A DNA stretch of 55,786 nucleotides from Catajapyx aquilonaris (Eukaryota), in the NCBI GenBank assembly GCA_000934665.2, contig KZ538656.1:1-55786 (forward strand), in the 5' to 3' direction. Shown here piece after piece: positions 1-12,455 of the stretch. How positions within the stretch are numbered: position 1 is the stretch's first letter; each line of letters begins with the position of its first letter. Position numbers and translations under genes: made by a program. Under the pieces are notes generated by a model. It saw nothing but the letters and a program-made list of their open reading frames with translations. It ran no database searches and had not been told where the DNA came from.

Positions 1-328
1 GGGGGGGCGACAGTTCACGTGGTATCTCTGAACACAGTGAATGGGCACATATGGGAGCTTTTACAGATGCACATGAGTTCCAAATAAAGTAAAATTCGAA
101 ATCAGCGACCCCGAAAACATGGGGAGACATGCTTTTTACGTGCTTAAACAGTTTAGTTGGAGGAGCTATCATTTTGGAACGCGTTTTTTCTGATAAATTT
201 TGCCTTTAAAAAAACCACGTGAAAAGGGGAGGAGGGGAGGTTCCAGTGGATACCACGGTTGGTCACTGGGGGGGAGGGGGGGTTCAAAAAGTGGCCTAAA
301 ATCGGTCACGTGGTATTTGCACGACCCC
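1..328. mobile_element. MITE (partial), same family as 2079-2406, opposite orientation
   Basis: 1-328 is the reverse complement of most of 2079-2370 and ends CACGTGGTATTTGCACGACCCC followed by TAA. Confidence 0.8.
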
Positions 329-772
329 TAAATTGAAGAGTCCCTGGGAGAAAGGGGGAATGTCACAAAAACAATGTTCGTGAGAAATCGAAAAAATTGC
401 TTTAATTCTTCATGTGTCTGTCCCATTTTCTTCCCTGTACGACGTGGACGTTCCTTGTTCTTCTCCAGTATGGGATATCTTCACGTCATTATATCTCTGC
501 AACTGTCCCCCTTGTTCCCATGGAAAGCCTCCAGGTATAAGCGGCACCTACGCTACTATTGTACTGTGCACTTGGCAGAAAACCCAATGGAATTTGACAT
601 TCCCCCTTTTCCCCCTTCAATTGAATAATGGCACAATATGAGATCAGGTTAGGCCAGTCAGGTGTGTTAAAAATTGTAGGAATTGATCCAGGTCATGGAT
701 CCTTTCCTTATTTGGCAGATGATCATTTTTCAGTTCCAGCATTATTGTAAAAATGTAATATTGATTTTGCAG

Positions 773-3700
773 AACTGACCCAGACGATGCGTCGATTACA
801 TGAGAGCTTGGTGGCTCTGGCTGGGAGGTTGCAGACAATGCATGAAGGAGTGGAGGGTTTGAAGGAACAGCATCTCAACTACAGGCGATATGTGATTGGA
901 GACTCAACAAATTTATTCAGTCGGAAAGGACCTCCAATAGGCACCTACAAGAGTTTCATTCCTAATGGAGGGTTAGCAACTGCCAATGAGTCATCTGGGC
1001 TGCTTGGACCATCACCTTTCATAGGTAGGTTTCAACATTTTACGTGCTTCCTATCATTTAGCGATAAGAAGAGTGGAAAATCCACTTGTGATAAAGAGAG
1101 TGTATGTCACGTCCTCAAACTATATTTGCCATATTCTAATTTTGTAGCCTTAAAGCCAATGTTCTTGACATAATTTTGTTTCCATGGAATTTGAAGCTGT
1201 GTGGGGTGCAACCATTTTTCAGTAGAAAACATATCACATGAATTGGGTATGTTATTTTAGTTTCTTCCTTCCTTCCTGTCATATTTTTAAAAAACCCAGA
1301 GTGAGCTCACAGTATTTCGATCTTCAAGAATTGCTGCATTGAATTTTATTTCGTTGTTAAACTGGCTATGTCTAAATAATGCAGATGATAGAATTTACAT
1401 CAAGCGTGGCATTTAAAAATGGCCATGTGTCATTTTTCAAAAATTGTTTGCTCTCCCTCTTTCCCCCCTGTCTCTTTCTCTCTTTGCTTTATTGTCTTGT
1501 CCCCCTTTTGTAGGAATTTCACTTGTAACTAAGCTATCACTGCTGCACATTTTTTTCCAAGTTCAGCTGCCATGTTCACATTATCTTTAATGATGCCTGA
1601 AATTGAAAACTTCCAGCTCATTTATAAAAGTTATTCAGTAATTCAGAACATACACAAATGGAATTAATTTTGTCTTCAAGCAGTTTGTTTGCGTTGATTT
1701 TGTTGAATGTAATGGTTGCAGTCTTCATGTCACTAGGATTAACTAAGTCAGAATCCTGAAATGCAATGTGGCTTTCTACAAGTGTGTGTACCTACCAAGT
1801 GGATTTTGCTGCTAGGACAAATGAGTGCATAATTGAACCGTGGAAATCAAAACTGCGCAATGTTGCATTTTCAAGATTTGCGAATCTCGACCTTATTGTA
1901 CGAAGCCCATAATAACGAAAATACGGATTGCACATGCGTGGTATTGGTATCCACTGAAAGATTTGCCTAAACTGTCGACATACCACGTGGTCCAATCCCT
2001 GATCTCACAATCCCCCCACCGGCCCTCCCCCAGATCACCATTTCCCCCCTCCCTCCTCCTGCCCCATGATACCTGATAGGGGCCGTGCAATACCACGTGA
2101 CCGATTTTAGACCACTTTTTGACCCCCCCTCCCCCGCCCCTTTTCACGTGGTTTTTTAAAAATGTCAATGTTATCAGAAAAAACGCGATCGAAAATGATA
2201 GCTCCTCAACAAAATTGTTTAAGCACGTAAAAAACAAGTCCATGTTTTTGGGGTCGCTGATTTCGAATTTTAGGTTATTTTGAACCCTTGTGCGTCTGTA
2301 AAAGCTCCCATATGTGCCGATTCACCGTGTTCAGAGATATATCATGAATTTCCGCCGCCCCCCTCCCCCTCCCCCCAAAACGGTCACGGGGTATTTGTAC
2401 CACCCCATACCTGTGCACAGACGGACGAACGGACAAGGGATGAATAAAGAGATTTTTTAAAGGGGAAAGGGGCGGTGTGGGGGTAGGAGAAGGAAGGAGG
2501 AAAAGGGTAAGTCCACTTTTGGCCGAAAGTGAGTTTCAGTCCCAGTCCCGTGACGGACGTTGGGGACAATAGCAGTAGACATGAAAAAGTCTACTCTAAT
2601 CATGCTCACGTGATTTGCCAATCTTGTTTAACTTTGCAATTTGTGATAAGAAGGTGCCACTTGGCACATACGTTCTCTAGGCCTTCAGGAATCATTTTAG
2701 AGTTGGCGGCACCTGATCGGTCCCATAGGTGAAATGGGGGGAAGGNNNNNNNNNNNNNNNNNNNNACATTTCATGCCCTCTGCATACACCCCAGTTTCCA
2801 GAAAATTCGCAATTGACAGATTTTCGCTATACTCAGGGTCTATTGCGGACAGGTGCCACCTCATTACTTTGTAATACATCGGCAGAGTGCTGGCAGAGTG
2901 GATTTGTATCATTTTCTGCCATTCTCATGAGGTTTTATCAGACTTTTAGGGCATTTCCATGACTGTTTTGCGCCTCATGGGTTGGCATTCTTGGCAACAC
3001 AGCATAACTTGTGACCTACGGGGACGATCAAGTGCCGACAACTCTCAAATGGCTCTTATAGGGCTAGGGAACATGTGTGCCACAAAGTGCGAAGTTAAAA
3101 CACTTGGGGCCCGGACTATTATTGCGACTAGCAACGAACACGTACCCAAGTTCGTCGAACCATGTTCCAACGTTTGACGCCCTGGTCCAGGGGCGAGGTG
3201 ACAGGGACGGAATGTGCTGTGTGCAGTGCATTGTCGTTTACGAAGGTCATTTTGTGAGCTCCCCGAGTGGTTAGTCTAGCGGAAATCCCACCCAAGACGA
3301 AGCCCGAACTCCACGCGAGATGAAAGGGGGGAATGTCCGGGCTGGCGGGCTTGGTATCGAACCCGTGACCCTTACATCCGTGGGCGCATACGTTACCGCA
3401 GCGCCACTTCGCCTCCCCTCCGTACGTTACACTTGAGAGATTAATTATGCCGACATACATTATCAGACCACGAACACGGGCGGTAATATGTGACACACCT
3501 CTACGTATTTAGAACACCGCATCATGTGCCACTGGACCGAAGAAATCTGGAACCCAGCAGTGTGGCCTAGATGCTGTGCGCTTCCTTTCATTCGATATTC
3601 CATGGAACGTAAAACCGTGCTATATTCAGGGTATGTTGCAGGTGGGGGGTGTACTACTGCCGCTCACTGTACGGCACCTGCTTGAGCTACGAGCGTCGAA

Positions 3701-6700
3701 CCACCTGGTATCGGTTCAGTGTCACCGGAACTATGTTTCCCGCACTCTATTTTGCGAATCATAATTGCGAGTTTCGTGCATCATAAATTGGATTTTCACT
3801 CAACATAGTGTGGTTTTACATTCCACGGTGGTGTGGAAATCAAAACCCCGCTACCGGTATGTTTTTTTGGGCCTCTGCGGGGGGGTCAAACTGTCATTTG
3901 CCATTCAGTCGTCGTTCAACTCGCGGGGGTCGGACCACGTGGTATGTCGACAGTTTCGGCAAATCTTTCAGTGGATACCAATACCACGCATGTGGGATCT
4001 GTATTTTCGTTGTTATGGGCTTCGTACAATAAGGTCGAGATTCGCAAATCTTGAAAATGCAACATAGCACGGTTTTGATTTGCACGGTTCAATTGTAATT
4101 AGATTAATATACTAACACTGATTGTTAATATTGCTTTATTAAACCATCAATTGTGCAAAAACTTAGCAAATTTTTGTTCTTTTCTCTTCTCATCTGCAGA
4201 GAAGAAATAGAATCGAGCTTCAGATGAAAGTGAGGTGGGGAAAGTTAAAAGTCACATCAATGTCAGCAAACAACTGTCATCAAGTTCTATGATTTGTACT
4301 TTGAAAAGTAAAGATTGAAAATTACAACCAAATACATGCCTTTTCTCCCATGGATTTTGAAAGACTGCAGTGCATTTTTGCCGTATGTATGTGTTAGGAT
4401 ATTCTTCCGATAGGCTGAATATTCGTAAGTATGGAACTAGGGAAAGGGACCATCAGACTGGTTAGCACATTATAATCAAGTATTCTTTATGAAAACTGGA
4501 AATACCTTCCGTCTTATTATGGCTTGATACACTTTCAACAGTGTTCTTTATCCCAAAGCATAGAGCAAGTCCTGCCCACCACCTTATTGGAGTGCTACTA
4601 ACTCCTGATCATCCACCGCAATCACTGAGTGCAATGTGAGGCTCATGCAGATGCGGAGTTGTCATGTGCCATGTTTTTGACAAAGAGTAACTCAGAAATA
4701 ATAATACACAAAACATGACAACTCTGCATCTTGACAAGATTCTTATTGCACTTAGTTATCATGGTGGGTGATCTGAAGTGGGTCACGTTCAGATCAGGCA
4801 GTGAGTGGGACTTGCCTGATGCCTTGGGAATGAAAATACCTGCTGTCTGCAAAAGTCTCGTGCAGTAAAAGCCGAAACTGTAACTGCTGGATGAGGGTTA
4901 ATAATGTAATATTTCTATAATTCCTATTACACAGTCTTGCTGTTCAAACCTCTGCTATTAAAATAACTGCCATGTTTTTAGCATGAAATGTATATTTTCT
5001 TGCAAAAATGTTGCACCACAGTTTTGCATGTAGAGCTACATGCCGGTAAAATAGGAGAAGACCGGTATTTGGTACCACCTGGTGGTTATATTTCCATTCG
5101 AGTAGGGTGGAGACTAGATTCTCTTCAATGAAGGGGAAGGGGAAAAATGGAGTGAACAAAACTCTGCCCCATTTTCCCCCTAAGTCAGGGGCCATTTGGG
5201 AGGGTTGTATTCCTGTAAATCCCTTCAGAACATTTTGCTATAAAACGGGACCTTTGCCTTCTCTCTGAGCACAGTTTTATCATCATTATCATTATTAATA
5301 AGCTTAATTCACACTTGCACTTCTAACCAGCAATCCATTTTGCCCCTCCACACAGGGCATTTGCAGACATTCCAGAGTGGTTAAAATTAAAATATCTAAC
5401 AATTATTAGGGGAAGGAGGAAATTGCAAAAATTATTCCACTTTATACTGGCTTGCAGCTCTATGCATAAAAATATGGTAGGTTCTCTTGCAGCCACGACA
5501 CCATTTTATAAGGCAAGTGGCCAGATGTGTTGATCCTTGATCATGGTCTTAGAATAGTAAGGTCTGGTCACTCTCCCTCTTATTGCCTTAAGCCCGATCC
5601 ACACTGGCTGAGTTTCTCGTACGGAAAAATCCAGCCCGACTCCGTTGGAGAAAATTGAAAATCGGCTGAGTTTTCAAATCCGCATGGTGACGTCACAAAC
5701 TGGATCGGAGACGCGCTCCACACTGGCTTAATTTCTCGTCCGGAAATATCCCCATCGGAGAAACTCAGCCAGTGTGGAACGGGCTTTAGGGGCCTGACGG
5801 GATGGTTTGCGGCAGGTGGCCGCGTGATAGCGCTTTTCAGGCGCTATCACGCGGCCACCGGTCGCAAACCACCCCGTCAGGCCCCTAAGGCGATAAGAGG
5901 GGGAGTGACCAGACCTTACTATTCTAAGACCAGGATTCTTCTTGATCTTGAGACTTAAAAGCCCTCTGGACGTTGACTGAAGTTGCACACATTTCAAGAC
6001 TAGAAACCATTGCCAACAGCTGACAAGTTGCCCTGGCATTATACAATAATGTATTAGCACCACTGAGAGTACAAAAAGGAAGATAAATTGCAGTCAAAAA
6101 AATGGGCTGACTGTTCAACAAAATAATGTTGCCTGCATTCATATTCCTGGTAAAAATTCTGAGTAACTAAAAATTTTACTATGTTATTTTTTATGAGAGA
6201 ATGAAGACTTGGCACCTTGAGTAGCGGAGAGTTGCTTCTTTGTAGTGATGGAATAAAAGTTGCTTCAGCCTGGATTGTGTTAAGCACTTCTCAGTAATTT
6301 GGCATATCACATCTTTATCTTTTAGGTATGTGAAGAAACTATTGGTACCTTATTTCGAGGGAATATGATTAGCCTGAAATGGAAATAAACTTTAAATCAA
6401 CTTGAGTACGGACATTTGTATGCTGTTACACATGGGCCTTGCATGGCTACTTTGTTCCCAATTTATTTAGGCTAAAGTAATTTGTGACTCAAGCTGCATC
6501 CTTTGTAGTTTGGCTGCTTACAATTTCCTTTTTTGTCGTATGGTTTACCCTTGTAGCTGCAGTGATTTTTGGCATGGTTTGCAATTTTTAGACTTCTATG
6601 AGCATGATTTGGTTTTGTTTAAGTAATGATGCACATGTTTGTGGAAACTCACAACAGTTGGGCTGCTTTTTTCCCCTGCCATAGGCTATTTCTGCTGTAT

Positions 6701-9700
6701 TCTTCACATTATTTAAGGTTTTTGCTCTTCATACTTCGGCCAAAGGAGTAGTTCTTCTGTTTATGGAATGTCAATTACCATGCTGCCAAGACAAATCAAT
6801 GTCATGCAGTTGCTGTGCTTTCTCGTCCAAAATGTACATGACACCAAATGGATTTGCTCATTCTGTCAGGCAACAGCTTGTGCTTTGTTGCAATGCTATC
6901 TGTACTAGCACGTTTCAAATTGCAAAATACTCATTGTCAGTGGTAAGCAAAATTGGGTGTTGCTCGATACCAGTGCGTATTTCATATCATACGATGCCAA
7001 CTACAAAAGCTATCCTCGATTAAGTGAGCCTCAGCTGGAATAGGTTTGCTACCTCAGCAGCAACAACATTTTTCCAATCTTTTTGCAGGGCTTATAAGTG
7101 ATTGATGTGGGTGATTTATAGTATGGTACCCTTTCATCTCATTATTCATTGACTGTAATGGGATGGATTTTGTTAGTGGAAGGAGACAACCCCAAAAAAA
7201 CCGCAGAGAGAACCCATTTAAACTTTTTCCACTTGAGAAAATCCCCTCTGACCCTGGGATCAATCACAGGACCTCAGAGGTGAAAGACTGGCAATAAATA
7301 ACCATTACACCACTGTGCAGGAGGAACGGGGTGGTAGTTACAAGATTAGGTGATAATAGGTCTCTTGGCTGTCAGGGGAGGGAGTCTGCCTCAGTACAAT
7401 CCTAAGGAGTTGTGCCAGGACATCCTGAGGCATGCTGGTATCATTGAATCATGTACTACTAGTCAGTGAAGTACGATACCCACCTTTCCTGTAATTAGAC
7501 GTGGTCAGTTTTCACGTTTAAGACTGAAATATTTAACGGCATTTTACAATGTTCAACTTCCAAGCAAGGATATCGTAATTGCCACGTGAAATTTTCTGAA
7601 AGAGACATCGGTAGGCCTACAAGAAGAACAACGACGGAAAGGAAACAGAGTCATGTATTCAGGCTTATGAGTATACAGACCAAGGGATATAATAATAAGT
7701 CAACTTTTAATAATAAGGCACTTTTGGGATTTTTGTAGACATATACTGGTGGGGAAGAGGGGGGCTGGCAAGTGATGTGACAACAGCATGAAGGCTCCGC
7801 TGAGCTGACAGGCTTTCTGAGNNNGAGAGAGAGAGAGAGAGAGAGAGAGAGTTGAAAGCTGTTAGTTTGTTGGTTGGTTGGTCATGCCAAAGCAACTTAT
7901 GCTATCTGGCATCGTATAGTGGGTTTTTGGTAGTGGGAGGAAACAGGAGAACACAGAAAACCCATGCATACACGGCGAGAACCCATGGAAACTCTCATCA
8001 CATAAGTGTCGTCTGCCTGACTCGGGGATCGTACTCGGGACCATAGAGGCGGAAGGCTGCGGCATTAACCGCTACACCACCATGCTACCCCAGAGAGTTG
8101 AAAGCAGGCTTGGAATATGGGAGCAATGAGAAATTGACAACAAGCTATGAATAACAGGGCATTTTTTACACCTTTGAGATATGAAGGCCATTGTGGGATG
8201 TTGTAAGGAGGTGGGCCTTGTCGCCAAGTGTTAAACATGTGAATGTTGCGGAGAGGCGGCTTATGTAAACTATGACCCTAGTTAGTCATGATTGTTCAGG
8301 TAAATGTGGTTTATAGGCACCTATCTACATAACAAGGGTGCCACAGCCTTCCACCTCTAAGGTCCTGAGTTTGATCCCCGGGTCGGGCGGAGGACACTTA
8401 CGTTATGAGAGTTTCGATGGGTTCTCGCCGTGTTTGCATGGGTTTTCTCTGCGTTCTCCCGTTTCCTCCCACTACCAAAAACCCACTACACGATTGCCAG
8501 ATAGCCTCAGTTGCTTTGTAACAACCAACAAACCAACCAACCAACCATCTACATAACAACGGTGAAGGCATTTACTTCCTGAGTAATGGGTGAATTAAAT
8601 CACATTTCCCATGCGCATATCACAAATTCCTGCTTATACTTTGGGTCAGTCCCTTGAAGAGCGTTACATCGAGGTTTTACTGTAGTAACAAACTATTTTC
8701 TGATGTACTGTACAATCCTGAACTTGAAATGCACAGGCGATTCCAAGTCTCAAATTTCTGAAACAAAGTTTGGAGGCACTTGTAATACGGTAATTATTTC
8801 TTGTGAAGGATCAGGCAATGGAGAGAGGCTCATTTTGTTTTCTGCAAGAAATCCTTTTGCATTATCATCAGGGGGAGGGACAGAAAACCTTATACCAGGT
8901 AAGAGGGAATGCAGGATCATCATTTTATGACGCAACTGACATATTTGGCCATATGTCATGAACAGTGACATATACGCGTATTAGAGCTTGAAACTATTTT
9001 TACACTAAATATCATTCATGCACATCATTCCACGTGGCTTATGTCCCACCCATGTAAAGTGTAAGGTTGATATGACCTACATTTTCTGAGGAATGAAAAT
9101 ACATTTCTTCTAAAAGGCAACCATAGAGATGTTGCAGGTGGTTTAACTTTTTTATTGTCATCTTGAGAATATAATTATAGTTCTGACAATATACTGGTGT
9201 TAATCACAGGATCAGTTTATTAAAATGACAGAGCCAGTCAGCTATATGCAGACATGGTATTGGATAAGTCCAGGGACAAGTGTATGCTAAAAATCCCAAT
9301 AGGTGTCATTTACCAGTGGACCAGAATACGTTGTCATCAGAGTGGCAGGAGAGCCATGAACTACGAACTACCAGTCGGGCAATGCTGTCACTTGTGTGTG
9401 TATGTCCATCCATCCATCCTTTTGGGAACATGTTACGGTCTTTCCTGCCAACCTGATGACAACCAAATCTGTAGACTGATATATAAGATCTGTCAAGTTT
9501 TGCCAAGTTTTGTTCCTGGGCTTGCTTGATACCTTGTCCAAACATGGTTGACTGTCTTACTTTTTTTTTTCTTCTTTTTTTTTTAACATTACCCTGTGAT
9601 AGGGCCAAAGGCCCTCATAGGGGGTGGAATACCACCATTTTCCATAAGTTTTCTGTAATTTTCTTAACTCCGGTGCAAGGATGAAAGGACATGGAGTATG

Positions 9701-12455
9701 GATGGGGATTTGTGGGGAGGAGGTGCAGGTGCAATGTCTAAGCAAGGGTCATGTGCAGTCTCCCTGGAGGTTAGGTTGCTAGACGCCTCCAAGGTGCGGG
9801 GAGGAGACCCTCCTGACACAGGTGAAAGGGAACTCCCGGGCGGGGTTCGAACCCGGGACCTTCCGCACAGCAAGCCGAGACATTACTGTCTCGGCCACTG
9901 TCTTACTTTCGTTTTAATGGAACTTGTAAATTCATATTATTTATAAGCAGCTTATTGCATCTTGTCTGGTGTAGTGATGTGTAGCTATATGTGATGTGAA
10001 TAAATTGCTGAGTGTTATACTTGATTGGCCAAAATCTGAATGTACAGTTTCAGGAAGCGGCTACACCAGTCCATCAAACCCAACTGTTTTGCAAATTCGC
10101 AGCTGGTCTGTGACTGGAAGCGTGTCGTTGGCCCCTGGTGCTCTAAGTAGTGGTACATCATCACTCTTTGCAAACTCATCACCAAACCCATCTTCACTTA
10201 CTCAATCAGGATTTAGATCCCTAGGTAATTAGTGGTAAGGCTCCCCCCACTAGTTCTCTTTCTCTCTCCTCTTAAATTAATTACAGTGGAATCATGTCTC
10301 AACGAATCACCATTAAACCATCTTTGGCATAATGAGGTATCTGTTTCTAAGGGCAAAATTTAAATGTCTGTTAATGGAAGGAATTGTGATGCATAGAAAG
10401 CATGCCCTGACCGTTGCTACATTGTACCATTTACCTTTTCACTACCTCACAGCATCCTTGTTGCTGAACTCACCCTTTCATGTTCCCTTCCTCATTCCTG
10501 GGAGGAGTTGAATTGCCGGAGGTCAAACTACTGACTTATTGCATTCTTTCTGCATTCATCCAAAAATTGGCAAGGAATAGCTCCTCTTGGATTTTATCTC
10601 GTTTGATATTTAAAATATCATGCCGTGGCTTTGTTGTTGGCACACATTATTGATCATGGGCATTGGAAAATTGGTATTGAGACTTAATTTGAGATTCTAC
10701 TGTCATTATATTTAGGCCATGTTACACCTCTGAAGGCGGAAGAAGGATTTGCCATTGTTATTATTAGGGTTATTGTTGCCAGCAAGTAGTCATAAGGATA
10801 AGTTAGTCATCAGTCAACAGTCCACCTTCATGGTGCAACCAGGTCTTCATATTGCTACTAATTTCTTCCCCTGAAAGTAAACTAATACCAAAAATACAAT
10901 GTTATTACTTAGTGCCATTTTGTGTACTCCCCCAGATCCAGATTATCTGTTGTAATATAGGTATATCTAGATTGTCATCCTGTGCACAACAACCACTGGC
11001 TGTTACTATCCTTGTCATTTAAAAAAATTAACATACTGGAGAACATATCATTGTGGCGTGTTCCAACTAAATTGTTCGTTACTGTACCTTTTTGTTTATT
11101 GGCCAGGGGAGCACTGGTGTGACACCAAAGTAAGCATTCACTTATTCCAGTGTAAGCACTGGCACATGCTCTGATTGGAGACTGTAAGGCTGTGACATCA
11201 CTACACTATCCCTTTTATTACACCGGCTGATAAATGAATAAGCCTGCTGAAACGTTGGCACCTTGAACAGTGAACTTTTGGGACCAAATATTCACTGATA
11301 ATAAATGGAAGCACCCACATTGATCACTGCCAGAAGGTCTGGCCTGGGAAAGAAGGAATCCAGTACCAAACATGCCATTGGCTCTGAATGGGTCACTCCC
11401 CATATACAGGGTGTATCTGAACTCACAGTGCCCCGATGTATATGACTGCCTTCCTAGCCACCAGAGGATCGATTTAAGTATAGGAGTCATTATGTCTGGG
11501 CAGCCTCATTACTGAGATACACTCTTTAGCGATTTTTGCCTAATCGCTCCTTCTGACTTTTAAATAGAATTTTCTGGTGTAACTAGCCAAAGAGGCCTTA
11601 CCACCTGTGGGTAACAAACCAACAAAGTCCCGCCCCCAGACCTTCCAGAGCCTTCTGACTGGGGGAGGGTTCGATGGGTGGCCTAACCGACAGGATATTT
11701 TGTACTACATGTTTGCGGCCAATTATCTCCGTAATGAGGCTGCCCAGACATATGACTCCTATACTTAAATCGATCCTCTGGTGGCTAGGAAGGCAGTCAT
11801 ATACGTCGGGGCACGGAGTTCAGATACACCCTGCATAACTTTCTGTCAATTGAAGCTTGCAAGGCGAGAAAAAGTATTTTCTATTCAACCTAATATTATC
11901 ATAGTAGCTGCTAGTAGATAATTTTCCTGGCTATTAATATGTACTTGATGCTTTAAAACAAGTTTAGTGGCAACATTTTCATAACAAAATTATGGCCTTT
12001 CAAAAAATAGAGGATGACAGCAAATTCTCACAAATTCCAGAAACCTATATGTGCTCCTTGTACCTTTTTCATTGCAGACATTTTCTATCCATATGTGCAA
12101 AAGAGACTTTTATCTGAATTTTTTGCCTTACTTTTTCCTAATATGCATAGAAAAATCACAAGTCTTGATTATGCCAGTGAACACAAAATGCATCTGCAAG
12201 TGTCGCATAAGTTGTCTCTTGCACATATGATGTACCTTAGGTCAGAATACCTGCCAACCAATTAAATTTTTAAATACAAGCATGAGAAAAAATTTCATTC
12301 AATGTCGATGGGAAAAATGAATGTGATTAACATCTTGAATTTTTACAGGGATTTCAAGCTCAACTTCAGGTGTGTTTTCACCTCAACCTGTGGAGAATCA
12401 GCAAAACTTCCAGCTGCAAAATCCACCTCCTGGTCACAAACGAAGCAAAAGATAG
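773..12455 (+). CDS. Nup58: Nucleoporin p58/p45 (Nup58), 3' part; exons 773-1024, 10054-10224, 12349-12455 (5' exons lie upstream of the window)
   Basis: Exon 773-1024 encodes ELTQTMRRLHESLVALAGRLQTMHEGVEGLKEQHLNYRRYVIGDSTNLF, matching the Nup58 helical core (vertebrate ...FVALAAQLQSIHENVKVLKEQYLGYRK...). Phase-1 AG/GT junctions join it to a Ser/Gly-rich exon and a last exon ending FQLQNPPPGHKRSKR*, matching the conserved Nup58 C-terminus (LQLKKPPAGNKRGKR). Confidence 0.88.
2079..2406. mobile_element. MITE with GGGG...CCCC termini and 3-bp TSD (PIF/Harbinger- or Zator-like)
   Basis: TIR GGGGCCGTGCAATACCACGTGACCG / CGGTCACGGGGTATTTGTACCACCCC; ATA at 2076-2078 and 2407-2409; second copy at 1-328. 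Confidence 0.78.
3290..3418 (-). mobile_element. tRNA-derived SINE head
   Basis: Minus strand reads GTGGCGCTGCGGTAACG...GGGTTCGATACC: Pol III A and B boxes with no tRNA acceptor stem. Confidence 0.55.
5542..5934. mobile_element. Palindromic (foldback) MITE carrying a nested PIF-like MITE
   Basis: Ends are GGTCTTAGAATAGTAAGGTCTGGTCACTC and its reverse complement. Removing 5591-5788 leaves an almost perfect hairpin. A partial copy lies near 13820-13880. Confidence 0.82.
5591..5785. mobile_element. PIF/Harbinger-like MITE
   Basis: TIR AGCCCG(A/T)TCCACACTGGCTGAGTTTCTC; TTA target duplication at 5588-5590 and 5786-5788. Confidence 0.85.
7140..7320 (-). mobile_element. Degenerate V-SINE-like copy
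   Basis: Diverged match to the head and core of 7860-8091 and 40248-40560. Confidence 0.55.
7860..8091 (-). mobile_element. Full-length tRNA-derived SINE with V-SINE core and (CAAC)n tail
   Basis: Head GGGGTAGCATGGTGGTGTAGCGG with B-box-like GAGTACGATCCCC; core GCATGGGTTTTCTGTGTTCTCCTGTTTCCTCCCAC like the V domain; 14-bp TSD AGAGAGTTGAAAGC at 7846-7859 and 8092-8105. Confidence 0.85.
8336..8546 (+). mobile_element. 5'-truncated SINE, same family as 7860-8091
   Basis: V-like core TTTGCATGGGTTTTCTCTGCGTTCTCCCGTTTCCTCCCAC; (CAAC)n tail; 13-bp TSD ATCTACATAACAA at 8323-8335 and 8547-8559. Confidence 0.85.
9564..9896 (-). mobile_element. tRNA-derived SINE with a different core and A-rich tail
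   Basis: A-box-like TGGCCGAGACAG and B box GGTTCGAACCC on the minus strand; 3' stem-loop shared with the 40248 SINE; 13-bp TSD ACTGTCTTACTTT at 9551-9563 and 9897-9909. Confidence 0.8.
11407..11833. mobile_element. Tc1/mariner-type MITE with ~110-bp TIRs
   Basis: TA|CAGGGTGTATCTGAACTC...GAGTTCAGATACACCCTG; 11407-11520 is the reverse complement of ~11724-11833. Confidence 0.85.

Larger units (their letters stand above)
1830..4095. mobile_element. Non-autonomous Tc1/mariner(pogo)-like element with ~164-bp TIRs and nested insertions
   Basis: 1830-1993 is a close reverse complement of 3932-4095. The right end reads ...GGTTCAATTG|TA. No transposase ORF is visible; an N gap lies at 2746-2765. Confidence 0.8.

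Noticed and set aside
1514..1590. Strong acceptor at 1513 as an alternative Nup58 last exon
   Set aside because: The encoded peptide is not Nup58-like, there is no good donor, and the pyrimidine tract may be simple low-complexity DNA.
9830..9900. tRNA gene
   Set aside because: It has A/B boxes but no complete cloverleaf, and continues into a SINE body with tail and TSD. The same applies to the other tRNA-like heads.
11107..11129. 23-nt candidate Nup58 microexon (CAG…AAA|GTAAGC)
   Set aside because: Inclusion shifts the frame and destroys the conserved C-terminus; no other support.
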